Virus record (IMG/VR): IMGVR_UViG_3300021399_000133
Coordinates: 24,988 to 88,987 of that record
Length of the DNA: 64,000 nucleotides
Source of the DNA: a virus
Taxonomy: Duplodnaviria; Caudoviricetes
Direction: 5' to 3' (one strand)
Below are positions 38,480 through 50,011 of the stretch, one piece after another. Position 1 is the first letter of the stretch; each line of letters begins with the position of its first letter. The notes under the pieces are model-generated. The model searched no databases, had not been told where the DNA came from, and worked only from the letters and a program-made list of their open reading frames with translations. A program made the translations under genes and the position numbers.

Positions 38480-39396
38480 AGACTTTAACATTAATCAAAC
38501 CAGATGATGCTGTTGAGGTTGGAGAAATAAGAATAGATGATTTGACTCTAGTTAATACTGCTACAAATACTAAAATTCTACCTGGTCAAGATCTATTAAG
38601 ATGTTCAAGACTTTATGATATCTTAGAGAGTAGGTCTTTCAATCTCCCAGGAATAGTCTTTTATAGTGAGCAGTATAAATATCTTCGTCCTAATTACAAC
38701 TTTTTTATTTCTATTATATCTCAATCTGTTTCTTCTGAGGAGTTTGAGGAGATATATTATAAGTATCCTGAGCAAGTTGAAGTAGGGTCAGAAGATGAAA
38801 TCGACATATATAAAATAGGTGTAACCACTTTATACTATTCTTATAATCCAAATGAAGATACTTACTTTATTTATGGGTTAACACTTTCTGGTCCTGGTGA
38901 AATGAATACAGACCCGATGCATGTAGATTATAATGATGGTATCTTATCGACAGAGTCTTCTATTCCCTTTCATCGAGAATTATCAGAGGGAGAGGATGTT
39001 ACAGGGGTTATAGAGACGGAGTATGATAAATTATTTGGTAAGTTGGAGGCGCGTGATTCTCTTTATCAGTATAATATCTCCACATCAAGGGTAAGAAATA
39101 TTAAGTCATCTGGATTTTTGATTTCGCCATCAGACCCTACTTATACTTCGTCATTAGATCTTTCTTCCTACTCTACTGGTTCTGCTCAGGTTAGTTATCA
39201 GTGCTGTAAGAGGAATGATGATGAAATTAGGACTAGCAGTTTTACTTTACCTAGACTAGATGAAAATTATGTATTAAGCTTCCCTGATATTGAAGTAGAA
39301 TACATTGATCGAAAGCTAAGAATCTGGCCTGGGAATGATGATATAACTGAATGTATTATTAGTGAATGTTTTGTAGGTGAATGGAAGCAAACATAG
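38476..39396 (+). CDS. Hypothetical tail-associated protein
   Basis: 306-aa ORF in the operon with coupled overlaps. Confidence 0.6.
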   Translation: MKTLTLIKPDDAVEVGEIRIDDLTLVNTATNTKILPGQDLLRCSRLYDILESRSFNLPGIVFYSEQYKYLRPNYNFFISIISQSVSSEEFEEIYYKYPEQVEVGSEDEIDIYKIGVTTLYYSYNPNEDTYFIYGLTLSGPGEMNTDPMHVDYNDGILSTESSIPFHRELSEGEDVTGVIETEYDKLFGKLEARDSLYQYNISTSRVRNIKSSGFLISPSDPTYTSSLDLSSYSTGSAQVSYQCCKRNDDEIRTSSFTLPRLDENYVLSFPDIEVEYIDRKLRIWPGNDDITECIISECFVGEWKQT

Positions 39397-40916
39397 GTAA
39401 ACCATATACCACACATTTAGTTGGTATTATTAGTTCCATATTACAGTGCACTCATATAGTAGTTTACAATCAAAAGGAATATCTGATAGAAAAAGAAAGT
39501 AAGAGGTTAACAATCTACTCTCTTGATGAAATATATGAGGATTTAATGTCTGGTGGCTTTCCTTGTGTAGAGTTATACCGTCAAGACTTCGATGAAAATA
39601 CCCCTTATTATTACACTCCGGGTTCTTTATCTAATTTTAACGTTATTATTTATGTAGATTCAACTGGTAAACCATTGGGCTACACTGAATTTTCCAATTT
39701 TCAGGGAGGTAGCAAGTTGGAGATTTATACTAGTTTTGATTCTAGTATTACTGGTGAAGCATCTTTAGTAATTAAAATAAAGAACTCATTGTCTGGTGTT
39801 AGAGGAAAGAGGAATACGACAGCTTTGGGAGATAACTTGTGGGAATATTCATCATCAAAGAAAGTATCAGAGTATGTAGAATCCTTACCTCTTCGGGAAT
39901 ATTATAGTGATAGTCTTGGAACGCTTGGAGATGGTAGCCTAGTTTACAATCCAGGTACAGGCTCCTATGATGTTTCTGGTCTGTATTGTCTGGATTTCTT
40001 AAAGGATAAAGAGTTCAATTATCTGGGTTATGATGGTTGGAAACATTGGCAGCTAGGGTTACATAATGCTAACTTTGTAATTTATATGTGGGATGAGACG
40101 TATACTAGGTATTTTATCTCATGTATATCTAAGTCTGGTAATTTCTCTCACTTCAATCGGCCGTTAATGTTGGTTGATACTGAGGGAAAGAAGTATGCAA
40201 CATTACCTAGTTATTCTTCGAGTCTATCTGTTCAGAAAATTGAATATGGTGCAGGTAAGTATCTAGTATGTACCTTATCTGACGATTCTATGGCCATTTA
40301 TGATACACAGCTTAAAGACTGGATAAGGAGGTCAAGGTCAGGGTACGTTATTAATCCTTTTGATCCAACGGCTAAAATATATGAGTGTTTTGAAACTCGT
40401 GAATATTCCAAGGTGACTTCGATGCTTGAGCGATATCCATTTCTTTCTGGTTTGTCTTATGATTTTACTAAGGAAGAGAACAAGTATGGATATCAAATAA
40501 AGCGCTTAGTTGGTTCATGGGTTTTGTTTTGTCGTTTACGTGGAGATGAATCTGTTTGGTTTGTCTCTTCTCCTAATCTGACTGTTATGATTGACTCTTC
40601 TGAAATAGATAAAGTAAGGTTCATTAATGATTCGGCTATTATGATTGATGATGGTGAAACCTATACTCTATTTCAAGGTTCAAGAGGAGAATTATTGCAG
40701 ACGGAAAAATGTATAGATCTTTCTCTGGTCAATAATAATCAGGATAAGGTTAAAGTTATCAATAAAAAGTCCTATGTTTATAAGACTCCACTGAATAATT
40801 ATCGAAGGAATTATATACCAAAATACACATCAGGTAAAGTTCCAGAAATATTTGATTCTTTTGGTGGATTCTTATTTTACATGGACTCTGATCATAATAA
40901 AATTAATTTCTTGTAA
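39381..40916 (+). CDS. Hypothetical beta-rich tail-associated protein
   Basis: 511-aa ORF, aromatic and beta-rich. Confidence 0.6.
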   Translation: MEANIGKPYTTHLVGIISSILQCTHIVVYNQKEYLIEKESKRLTIYSLDEIYEDLMSGGFPCVELYRQDFDENTPYYYTPGSLSNFNVIIYVDSTGKPLGYTEFSNFQGGSKLEIYTSFDSSITGEASLVIKIKNSLSGVRGKRNTTALGDNLWEYSSSKKVSEYVESLPLREYYSDSLGTLGDGSLVYNPGTGSYDVSGLYCLDFLKDKEFNYLGYDGWKHWQLGLHNANFVIYMWDETYTRYFISCISKSGNFSHFNRPLMLVDTEGKKYATLPSYSSSLSVQKIEYGAGKYLVCTLSDDSMAIYDTQLKDWIRRSRSGYVINPFDPTAKIYECFETREYSKVTSMLERYPFLSGLSYDFTKEENKYGYQIKRLVGSWVLFCRLRGDESVWFVSSPNLTVMIDSSEIDKVRFINDSAIMIDDGETYTLFQGSRGELLQTEKCIDLSLVNNNQDKVKVINKKSYVYKTPLNNYRRNYIPKYTSGKVPEIFDSFGGFLFYMDSDHNKINFL

Positions 40917-40919
40917 TCT

Positions 40920-43900
40920 ATGTTAATCAAGTACAATAGTTTATTAAGGGACTTTTCGAACAAAATTGGGAATACATTAAGGCTTGAAGGATATGGCTTC
41001 TCGGAATATACAGACATCGAAAATATAATGGTAACAGGTAAAGAGGTAGAATTTGAATCTATCTATGATGTTCCTACTAGATCTTTACGGTTTAATATTC
41101 CGGCTGAAGTCAAAACTGAGATAAAAGCCATCTATTTTACGGCCAGACTTGATATGAGAACTAAAACATTGTCTCCAGCCTTCGTACTTTACAACGAAAC
41201 AGGTAATATTGAGCTTTGCGCTGGAAATAATTTGTTTACCATTGAGTTCCCAGATAAATTAGATGGCTTTGATTTTAATATACAGAACATAGAATCGTCC
41301 CTAGTAAATATAGATAATGTAGTTAGAGAGGGTTTTGGTGGTGATCCTGGCCGAAATATGTGGCTTTCTGATACTACTTCTCCCAGTACAATCATTACTC
41401 GAGACTCTTTCTACCGTTATCTAATTACTAATACATCTGCTGGAGAAAATAGGGTTAATACCTATGGAGAAAATACAAATTCTTATGTCTATAGTGTAGT
41501 CAAAAGTTTTTCTCTTAGAGCTCCAGGCGTTAAACAATTATCAGACGGTAGGTTTGTAATTTATGGTCTCCCAACAGCACAAGGAGAATGGTACTGGGAA
41601 AGTAAATCTGGAAGTTATGATGGTAATGATTTTGCACTATACTTTAAAAATCCATACCTTAAGATAATTTCATTAACTGGACGAGTAGTTTATGATGAAT
41701 ATCTTATCTCAAATGGAGTTCCTATTGAGAAGATTAGTGAAAACAAAGAAACTACTCTAGAAGAATTATCGGAAGTGAAGATTAGTTTAGAGGATATTCC
41801 TGGTCAACCTTCTTTTTACGAGGATGTAGATTGGCCATGTAAAATTAATAATACTAACAAAACATTTTCTTATTACTCAACAGATACCCTATGTTGTGGT
41901 ATTCTCAAAGCAGGTATAAATGTTCGTGGTATTGTTGAGGTTTCTGAGGGAGTATACCAGTTTGAAAAATCTACTCATGTTTTACAGTCTGATAATGAAA
42001 TTGAATTATACAAAAAACAACTCTTTGATGCGTGGATTGCTCCGACAGGTTATAAAGGCAATAATGATGTCCCTGGTTTAATCTTTCCACCATACGAACC
42101 AAATAACCAACTTCATTTTCAGCTTTGTGTAAGATTCTATGGTTCAAAGGAAGATTTAGTAGGTACCGTTAATTATGATATTATTGATGGTAGTTATATT
42201 TCAGTTAAGTCTGGTATATGGTTTGAATATTTTGAAGATTCGAATCTAGAAGCTTGGGATGAATCAATTTCGTTAAAGTATGGCAGCTCAGATATAAAAC
42301 TTGGAGCAAATATTCCTTGTCCTATAACTGAATGGATACAGGATGAAGAAGATCCAGAGGTTTTCTATACTCCTCTCCCTGATTTTACTTTCTACTATGA
42401 TGAAGAGAAAACAAAAACTATAAATACTTCATCGCTTCCTGCACCACTAGCTGAAGGGTCGGACGGTTTATGGGATTTTTCTCCTGCTCACTTTAAATTT
42501 TATGTCAATTATTTCTTTGCACCAGAGGCATTGAAAAGAGTGGCGGATGTAGAAGAAGTAAATATAGTGTCGTCTGAGGAATGTAGGCCAGAGCTTTATC
42601 TCTCAGAAAAAGCAAATCATTTTGAATCTCGTATAACAACAATAACAGATAGTGATAATTCAACTAGTTTATTGTTTGAGGAATATGACGTCGGATCAAA
42701 GATTTATAATGCTACATTTTATCTTAAACCAGGTGAGGATGAGTGGAATGATTGGCTAAATAATAATAATGAGAATAGAGAGGCTACATATCATGACTAT
42801 AACTTTTTGGGAGAAATCACGATAGAGTCTGATCTTAACTTTACAGAAACTGGTAGTGCTGATTATGTAGGTTGTAATTTGAGCATGAGGAATGAGAGTC
42901 AGGGAAGATGGGGGTCTTGGTGGCCAGTTTATCCAAAAACCAAGACAGCACATAAGATAGTTTTCCCTGCGCCAAGTCAAAGTGATTTAATTTATATAGA
43001 TTGGAATGATAGTGCTGTAATGCTGTCTTATCAACTCTCTTTTAATTTCTCTGGGTTCTCAAATGAAAAACTAGACTCTTTAGAGAATATTGGTATTGTT
43101 AAGGTAAATCGACTTTGTAACGTTCAGAATCTTCAGGAGGAAAGACCAACCGAAAGTGAATTTGAAAGAGAAAGTTTCGTTAATACCTCAAAGACTTACT
43201 CAATACCAATGGTGAAAGACCCATATTGGACTGTTTCTTATAGTACAGAATATTATCATCTTTCATCTACTTCACTCCCATCAGGTCCTGTCTTTGTATT
43301 GCCAGGTGAAGTTCCAGAGGGAGTATCTGATAGAGTTAGAATTCTTAATATCCGACATTACCTGAGATCTGATGAACTTGAAGACTATCAAGATCCTTCA
43401 GTTTCTGATTATTTCTCTTTGAGTTATGATAGAATTTATGAGAGTTTTCTAGGTAATGATTATGAATTGCCTTTTGTATTGGAGACATTATCTAAAAAGA
43501 CGGATGAAAGTGGAAGAGTATATGTAGAAACGTATCTTTCATATTGGTTAGATAAGGCAAATACGGAGCTGAATTGGTACCCTTATGATTATTCCACTAA
43601 AACGTCTACTTTGTCACCAGTTACAATTAAACAGGCAGACACATCAGATAAAGCTTTTCAGACATTTACTTTCTATGTTGTTCAAAATCATCGTGAGGAT
43701 ATAGTTCTTTCTTCTGTATTAATGACTGCTACTTCTACACCGGCTCCTCTTAGTAGTGCCATATTTAATAAGGATCTCACAAGGGAATTTAACCTTCGCT
43801 TTCAATCTCAGTATGAAATTGACGGTAGTTCTCATGTTGTTGATTCTTCTCCTTCGGCATATACAGATTGGAGACTAGATATGACAACTGTTCCTAGTTT

Positions 43901-46900
43901 TTCTATAGTAGATTCTGATACGCAGGAGGAAGTTTCTAGTGGTAGTTTTAGCGATAAGATATACACCTTAGGCTGTTCTAGTCCATCAGATGTGCCTCTA
44001 ACCAACTATATAGGAAGTTTTACTGTTGATAGAGTTCAGAATGATGAATATTTAAATAGTAAAGAGGATTGGGAAAAAGTAGTCTCAACATTCAACACTA
44101 AGCCTACTCAAGTTTCTATTTATAGGACGACTGCAGATAGTACAATTGAGGTAATAAACGCATCTTCTTTATCTAGAACATTTGAGTTTTCAGATTCTCT
44201 TCCATTATTTTTAGCTTATCAAAAAGAAGATGAAGACGGAGATACCGAGATTCCATTTTGTAAGATTATTGTTCATTATCAACCAGTAACAGAAGAATTT
44301 GATCCATCTCAGAATTTCTCTGTATATCTTGATGATGATATTGGTCTTATTGAATATCCTGATGGTTGTCCTGTTGATATAGAAGATGTACCAGGGTGTT
44401 TACAGGTTTATCCTAAAGGAGATCAGATGTGGCAGAAGAAAACAGACTCGGAACATAAAGTCTATTTTGAAGCTGATCTGTTTATAAAGACTAACGTAGC
44501 TAATAATCTTGAATTCTTTAAACCAAGGGATGTATTAATCTCAGGTAGTTATCATAATCTAGTTGTTATTTGTAAGGATGAATCTGGTACTGAGTTTGAG
44601 AATTCTTACGAGTTTCATGCTGTTCAAACATTTAATGAGCTAACATTGCGTGCGGATTTCTCAGAGAATGGTACTGATTATTATTCCAGTGATTCGAAAC
44701 ATATAGTTTTTACGCCGGATAATACTGTTTATATTAAATTCTTTGCTGGTGAATACCTTGAAGACTATTGTTACCTTGAGGAAGATAAAACCTGTTCTGT
44801 TAAATTTAAAGAGGATTGGTTTGTAGTAAATGGGACAGTAGTTTCAGGAACAGAAGTAAAAGACCTTGTATTTAATCAATCTAAGGTAGTTCAGAATCCG
44901 ATAAGATATGAATTTAAACTAATAGATGAATTAATATCGGGCATAGAACTTCCGTCTGAGAATAATTATTTTGAAGTTTTCCGTACTCCAGATATTGTTC
45001 GGATGTATGAGTCACAGCCACTTTGGATTAGAACAGCATATCAGGACGCTCAGGATGGTGATAGAATAAAGCCACTTGCAATATTTTATGATATTCAAGA
45101 AAGCCCAATAATAGAACATACTGAGTCAATCACAGTATCTGAGGTAGGTTTATACTCATTCTATCTTAAGTCTGGTCTTCCGGTAAATATTTCGATTGAT
45201 GTTAACTGGAGAGGTGATTTTGGATTATGTTATTTTCCTGAGTCATCAATTAGTTCTGATATTGATGTTGAAAAGACACGGACCAGCTTAGAAAATATAA
45301 AAACGAAGGACTACAGTAATAGATTCTATATTGCTATTGCGGATCTTCCATTCTATGCTAATTCAGAAGACATAGAAATTGGTCATATTACAATTACTAA
45401 TACAGCTGGGACAGTAGAGACGATTCCAATTTATTTATCCGCCATAAAGAATCCATATGTTCACCTTGAAAATAAACAGCAAGTAGTTAAGATTATTGAG
45501 TTTGGTAATGACTATCAGAGTAAAGAGGCGTTGATATATCGATCTAATTACGGTCAAGTATTTGAAGCCGTCGGTGATTCTTCCTCTTCAACTTCTGATT
45601 TAAGCTATGTAACAACGCATCAATATCTTGTTCTTAATGGTGAAAATAAGTGGGAGCAGAAGACATTGATTCGACTGACTCTTGAAACTGATTATTACCT
45701 AGAGCATAAGGGTCTCCCATTACTTAATCTTGGATATGTTGAGAATTCAGGTATAGATTATTCATCTGGTACTCAGGTTAATACTAGTAGGTTATACCTT
45801 TTTGACAAACCGGATTATACTGACTTATTTACAATTTCATTTGATGGTGTTCGTAAGACAAATAACAGTGAATTCTTAATACGTCAGATAGGAAGTCATA
45901 AAGTTACAATAGAGACAGATCAGCCAGGAATTAAATCTTCTGCTAGAAATGGTTATGCTATTTTCTACTCGATAACACCTACCTTTACTACCTATGATAA
46001 TTACTCGGGTCATACATTCTATTTTACCTATAATGGTTCTCAGTGTTCAAACATTACTCCTGATATGTGGGTGTTGGATACAAGAACTGGATTATATAAA
46101 GTAGAATTGACTCTAGTTGTATCAGGTGGCCTAGTAAATAATTCAGCTGGTCCTTTGGTAGGTAGACTTGATTTAAAATTCGGGCCTGCTCCAAACACCT
46201 TAGCTGGAATAGATGAGATTAAGGGAACGTGGTATGAGATATTCACTCAGCTTCATGGTTATCCTTCTGCAAGTGAGTTTTCTAATCTTACCGGAATGGA
46301 TAGGTACCTGAAAGAGCTTCTGGATGGTTTTAGCCTTTATACTTATTTCCTTACGGTTAGTCCTACTTCTCATACTACGCTTACTTATACTCATTATATT
46401 AATCCTAACAGTATTCCGGGTAGTAGTCTTTTCTCCAATATACATGTTACAGCGGAGAGTTCCTGGGTTAAAAGTGATAATCCAACTATTACGAGCAGTG
46501 TTATTGATCCTGGCGGTGCCTCTAGTTCTGCTCTCTTTAATAATGCTGATTTTGCTGAAGAACCAAATCTCTACCAAACAAGAATAATTTTTGGAAATAG
46601 ATTATTGACAGAGGGTTTAGTCTCTAGTATTCAACTTAATCAGTCTTATGCATTTGGTTCTAACAAACGTCTATTCTCTGGTAAGTACTTATTGAATGAT
46701 AATGGGACTGTTCTGATAAATAATGAGCTAATTAGTGTTTTGCGTCGTGATGGTTACCCTGGTATATTGCTCTATAGACTCTACCTGAATAAAAAAGAAG
46801 AATGGTCAACAGCAATTAATGGTTTTGTCCAAGGCTCTTCTGTTAATACAATGCGACTTAATTGTCATACGAGTCGAGATTTAAAGTTGAGTATTGGTGT

Positions 46901-48857
46901 CTATGAGTTTAAGGAAGACGGTACTGTTATTGAAGAGGGTGGTGGAATATTTTACAGAGATTATTTAGATATTCCTATTGATAGTGGTATTGAAGCTGAG
47001 ATTATAGAAGAAAATTCTGGTTCTATCTTCTCAAATCCAAGACCAAACGTAATATTACATTTCCCTCCCGCTAATACTTCACAGTCAACTCTAATTTCCA
47101 TCAATGTTCCAGAGTCTTCACCCAAATCTTACTTGTCTTCTATCACTGCTGACCTTACAATTTTACAAGATCCAAGTGAAATAGTAGTAAATTATGATGA
47201 TGAGCTGTCTTGTCCTTACTTTGATTGTTCAGGTATAAATAAAGATAGTGGTATTTTCATTCGAACTACTTCTCAAGATTTTACATTGTCTGGAGATTTG
47301 GTTAAGTCAAGTGAGATAGAATCAATAGAAGAAGATAGAGATTCAGGAACGCTTCTATGCAAGGTTAATTTACAGCTCATTCCTAATTGTTCGGCTTCGC
47401 CATGGGACTCTACTACCTCACTGATTAATCTAGTTTCTATCAAGGATCAGAACGGTTCGATTGTAGGTCAGTTCCGTGTATATCAAGATTCTTTCTCTTT
47501 GTGTGTTAGGTCTCACTCTGATGATACTATTTATGATTGGGAGTGGAATTATTTTACTAAGTCCTATCAGTTAACTCCAAATGGTTATATCACTCCAGGA
47601 ACTAGTGAAGAAGAAGCTTATACATTGCCTTCGATTACTAATGTCTCTGACTTTGATAAAACCTTCTCTATTACTGAGGCTGAATGGAATTATTATAATC
47701 TTGAAAGTAAGGTATGGGGAGTTCAGAGTTTTAGTGAAGAAGACATTAGAACATCAGGGGAGTTTAATTTCTTGAGTGAGGAGTTGTGGGATGATTCCGG
47801 TAATAAGATGACTGCCTCCGAGTACTTTAACAGTATCTCTTTGCTTTCGTCTGGTATATCATTTAGGTTATCATATAAAGTGCTTAATTCAAAGATAAGA
47901 GATTGGTTTACCTTTTTCTATAATTTTGGTCTACATTTCTCGATTGATGATATAGATTTAACTACTCCTACCTATTCGATTAAGTACAGAAAAAATTCAT
48001 ATATAGATCAATTAATTTACATTTCTGGTGATATCAATATAGAAACTAGGAATGGTAGTGTTTATTCTAGTATTTGGGGTTTATCGCAGGGCTTACTTCC
48101 TAGTCCTTCCGATGCTCCTAATGCTTTAATCTGCTCTTCCGATGCTCCAGATATTGACACCTCTACTATTAGTTATTTCTTCGATGATAATAGATTGAAG
48201 TATAATTTAAGTTACTCAGACCTTGGTAATATTAAGTTCTTACCTATTGCTAGTAGAACTCCCGGTGTTACCATTGATGCTTCGACCAACAGTGCTATTA
48301 TCTATTGTGGGGGTGCTTCAACTACTCCATCAATAAACATCAGGCATCTTACGTGGTATCAAGACGTTTATGTTAGTACTACGCCAGATGATCCTTCCTC
48401 CACAACACGTATAGTTCGACCTGGTTGGAAATCTACATTAGTTTATAGACGAGGAAATGGAATAAGGGCATACTTCGACGCTGTCACTAAGATTTTCCCT
48501 GAGTATAATAATGTAGAAGGTTTTGAGAATATAGAAGGTGTTAATATTTCGGCAGGTGAGACGATAGAATTCACAACAGTCTGGGGTGATTTAACTCCGG
48601 GCCAACCGATTCCTAATAGTTTTGAAGGTAATACAGTTAAGCCGGTGTTGGTATATGGAGATCCTGATACTATCGGAATTAGTTTAACCAGCTATTCTGA
48701 ACAGTCTTATCTTGATTGTAGAGTACCAGGAAATTCTAATCCGACTTGGTCAATAACTGGCAATGGTGCTCCTGGTGATGTTTGGGTGATTAATCTCTCA
48801 ACAATACGCCACTCCATTGAATTAGTTGGTATCACACTAATAATAACTCAACAGTAA
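40920..48857 (+). CDS. Very large beta-rich structural protein (possible baseplate/fibre protein with Ig-like domains)
   Basis: 2645-aa uninterrupted ORF, S/T/D/E/Y-rich; no catalytic motif recognised. Confidence 0.6.
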   Translation: MLIKYNSLLRDFSNKIGNTLRLEGYGFSEYTDIENIMVTGKEVEFESIYDVPTRSLRFNIPAEVKTEIKAIYFTARLDMRTKTLSPAFVLYNETGNIELCAGNNLFTIEFPDKLDGFDFNIQNIESSLVNIDNVVREGFGGDPGRNMWLSDTTSPSTIITRDSFYRYLITNTSAGENRVNTYGENTNSYVYSVVKSFSLRAPGVKQLSDGRFVIYGLPTAQGEWYWESKSGSYDGNDFALYFKNPYLKIISLTGRVVYDEYLISNGVPIEKISENKETTLEELSEVKISLEDIPGQPSFYEDVDWPCKINNTNKTFSYYSTDTLCCGILKAGINVRGIVEVSEGVYQFEKSTHVLQSDNEIELYKKQLFDAWIAPTGYKGNNDVPGLIFPPYEPNNQLHFQLCVRFYGSKEDLVGTVNYDIIDGSYISVKSGIWFEYFEDSNLEAWDESISLKYGSSDIKLGANIPCPITEWIQDEEDPEVFYTPLPDFTFYYDEEKTKTINTSSLPAPLAEGSDGLWDFSPAHFKFYVNYFFAPEALKRVADVEEVNIVSSEECRPELYLSEKANHFESRITTITDSDNSTSLLFEEYDVGSKIYNATFYLKPGEDEWNDWLNNNNENREATYHDYNFLGEITIESDLNFTETGSADYVGCNLSMRNESQGRWGSWWPVYPKTKTAHKIVFPAPSQSDLIYIDWNDSAVMLSYQLSFNFSGFSNEKLDSLENIGIVKVNRLCNVQNLQEERPTESEFERESFVNTSKTYSIPMVKDPYWTVSYSTEYYHLSSTSLPSGPVFVLPGEVPEGVSDRVRILNIRHYLRSDELEDYQDPSVSDYFSLSYDRIYESFLGNDYELPFVLETLSKKTDESGRVYVETYLSYWLDKANTELNWYPYDYSTKTSTLSPVTIKQADTSDKAFQTFTFYVVQNHREDIVLSSVLMTATSTPAPLSSAIFNKDLTREFNLRFQSQYEIDGSSHVVDSSPSAYTDWRLDMTTVPSFSIVDSDTQEEVSSGSFSDKIYTLGCSSPSDVPLTNYIGSFTVDRVQNDEYLNSKEDWEKVVSTFNTKPTQVSIYRTTADSTIEVINASSLSRTFEFSDSLPLFLAYQKEDEDGDTEIPFCKIIVHYQPVTEEFDPSQNFSVYLDDDIGLIEYPDGCPVDIEDVPGCLQVYPKGDQMWQKKTDSEHKVYFEADLFIKTNVANNLEFFKPRDVLISGSYHNLVVICKDESGTEFENSYEFHAVQTFNELTLRADFSENGTDYYSSDSKHIVFTPDNTVYIKFFAGEYLEDYCYLEEDKTCSVKFKEDWFVVNGTVVSGTEVKDLVFNQSKVVQNPIRYEFKLIDELISGIELPSENNYFEVFRTPDIVRMYESQPLWIRTAYQDAQDGDRIKPLAIFYDIQESPIIEHTESITVSEVGLYSFYLKSGLPVNISIDVNWRGDFGLCYFPESSISSDIDVEKTRTSLENIKTKDYSNRFYIAIADLPFYANSEDIEIGHITITNTAGTVETIPIYLSAIKNPYVHLENKQQVVKIIEFGNDYQSKEALIYRSNYGQVFEAVGDSSSSTSDLSYVTTHQYLVLNGENKWEQKTLIRLTLETDYYLEHKGLPLLNLGYVENSGIDYSSGTQVNTSRLYLFDKPDYTDLFTISFDGVRKTNNSEFLIRQIGSHKVTIETDQPGIKSSARNGYAIFYSITPTFTTYDNYSGHTFYFTYNGSQCSNITPDMWVLDTRTGLYKVELTLVVSGGLVNNSAGPLVGRLDLKFGPAPNTLAGIDEIKGTWYEIFTQLHGYPSASEFSNLTGMDRYLKELLDGFSLYTYFLTVSPTSHTTLTYTHYINPNSIPGSSLFSNIHVTAESSWVKSDNPTITSSVIDPGGASSSALFNNADFAEEPNLYQTRIIFGNRLLTEGLVSSIQLNQSYAFGSNKRLFSGKYLLNDNGTVLINNELISVLRRDGYPGILLYRLYLNKKEEWSTAINGFVQGSSVNTMRLNCHTSRDLKLSIGVYEFKEDGTVIEEGGGIFYRDYLDIPIDSGIEAEIIEENSGSIFSNPRPNVILHFPPANTSQSTLISINVPESSPKSYLSSITADLTILQDPSEIVVNYDDELSCPYFDCSGINKDSGIFIRTTSQDFTLSGDLVKSSEIESIEEDRDSGTLLCKVNLQLIPNCSASPWDSTTSLINLVSIKDQNGSIVGQFRVYQDSFSLCVRSHSDDTIYDWEWNYFTKSYQLTPNGYITPGTSEEEAYTLPSITNVSDFDKTFSITEAEWNYYNLESKVWGVQSFSEEDIRTSGEFNFLSEELWDDSGNKMTASEYFNSISLLSSGISFRLSYKVLNSKIRDWFTFFYNFGLHFSIDDIDLTTPTYSIKYRKNSYIDQLIYISGDINIETRNGSVYSSIWGLSQGLLPSPSDAPNALICSSDAPDIDTSTISYFFDDNRLKYNLSYSDLGNIKFLPIASRTPGVTIDASTNSAIIYCGGASTTPSINIRHLTWYQDVYVSTTPDDPSSTTRIVRPGWKSTLVYRRGNGIRAYFDAVTKIFPEYNNVEGFENIEGVNISAGETIEFTTVWGDLTPGQPIPNSFEGNTVKPVLVYGDPDTIGISLTSYSEQSYLDCRVPGNSNPTWSITGNGAPGDVWVINLSTIRHSIELVGITLIITQQ

Positions 48858-48894
48858 AATTAAACTTCAAAATAAGAAAAGATGAAGGTTAAGT

Positions 48895-49617
48895 ATGGTT
48901 GAAGCTATAATTAATTCTTTCTATAAAATCTCGAAATCCATTGCCTTCTTAGATGAGCGCTTAGGATTCAAAAAGATTCTGAAGTACTCTCTGTTTGTAA
49001 CGGTTATGTTCGCGATTTTCAATATTAGGGAAGTGATTAAGAGTACGATTGAATTTGTTGATGAGCTGAATGAGGAGATACATAGTGCGAAGATGGGAAA
49101 GAGGGATGAGCTCTTAGCGAAATTGTACCCAACACTTGTAGAAATGAGAAGCTCCACCAACGCAGATCGACTCCTATACTTTGAATATCATAACTCGAAA
49201 GAAAACTTAGTTGGAATTCCTTTTAAGTATATTGATCTAGTTATGCAAACGACAAAATATGGTGTTCACAAGTGCCCTAGCGGTATGTTACATGATATTA
49301 ATGTCGGTAATATTACTTCTTTATATGATCACCTAAGACAGGATCCTAATTCTGTTGTATTCTGTAGTGGCGCAAGGGATTATGCTTTTATTAATGCTTA
49401 TCCAGGTATTGAGGAAATCTTTAGTCCCCAAGCTACAGAAATTAAACAGGATTATAGACTGGCATTCGTATCTATTCCAGGTATAGAACAGCCAATCGGA
49501 CTCATAGTTTTAGAATGGTTTGATCCAGAAGAAGATGAATATGATCCTAGTAAAATTAAGACTATTGTTAATCAAGAAATTTCTAGAATCAATGCACTAA
49601 TTTTATCAAAACGATGA
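48895..49617 (+). CDS. Putative holin of the T4 gpT type (one TM helix plus a soluble GAF-like domain)
   Basis: 240 aa; TM ILKYSLFVTVMFAIFNI, then DRLLYFEYHNSKENLVGIPFKYID...PIGLIVLEW. Inference. Confidence 0.5.
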   Translation: MVEAIINSFYKISKSIAFLDERLGFKKILKYSLFVTVMFAIFNIREVIKSTIEFVDELNEEIHSAKMGKRDELLAKLYPTLVEMRSSTNADRLLYFEYHNSKENLVGIPFKYIDLVMQTTKYGVHKCPSGMLHDINVGNITSLYDHLRQDPNSVVFCSGARDYAFINAYPGIEEIFSPQATEIKQDYRLAFVSIPGIEQPIGLIVLEWFDPEEDEYDPSKIKTIVNQEISRINALILSKR

Positions 49618-50006
49618 AGAAAGTAGAAGATCTTTTGTTAGTTCAGGCACTTAGAGTTTCAGGTGCTTGGCAAGGAGATGATGAAAGCCTCTGGTATGAT
49701 TTTAATACAGATAAGGCTCCAAGTGAAATCTCTTTAGTTGATCAGGACGGTAATGAAGGTTCTGAAATCTGGGCGAATAAGTATGGCGAATTTGGTGTAA
49801 TGTCAACTGTTACTGTTAATCTTACACCCTCTCCCGAACTTAAAGAGGAGTATCCATTCGCTATCGTTAAGATTGATGGTAAAGAATTCGACCTGGCTAA
49901 ACTGGAGAATCCCATTGAGTTTAATATGATGAATAACCATAGAATCTCAATTGAATGGGTTCCTGGTCTGCTTGTCGAAACTTTCCGTGTAATTTTCAAA
50001 AAGTAA
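49614..50006 (+). CDS. Hypothetical protein
   Basis: 130-aa ORF coupled to the upstream gene. Confidence 0.7.
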   Translation: MKKVEDLLLVQALRVSGAWQGDDESLWYDFNTDKAPSEISLVDQDGNEGSEIWANKYGEFGVMSTVTVNLTPSPELKEEYPFAIVKIDGKEFDLAKLENPIEFNMMNNHRISIEWVPGLLVETFRVIFKK

Positions 50007-50011
50007 GCTCC

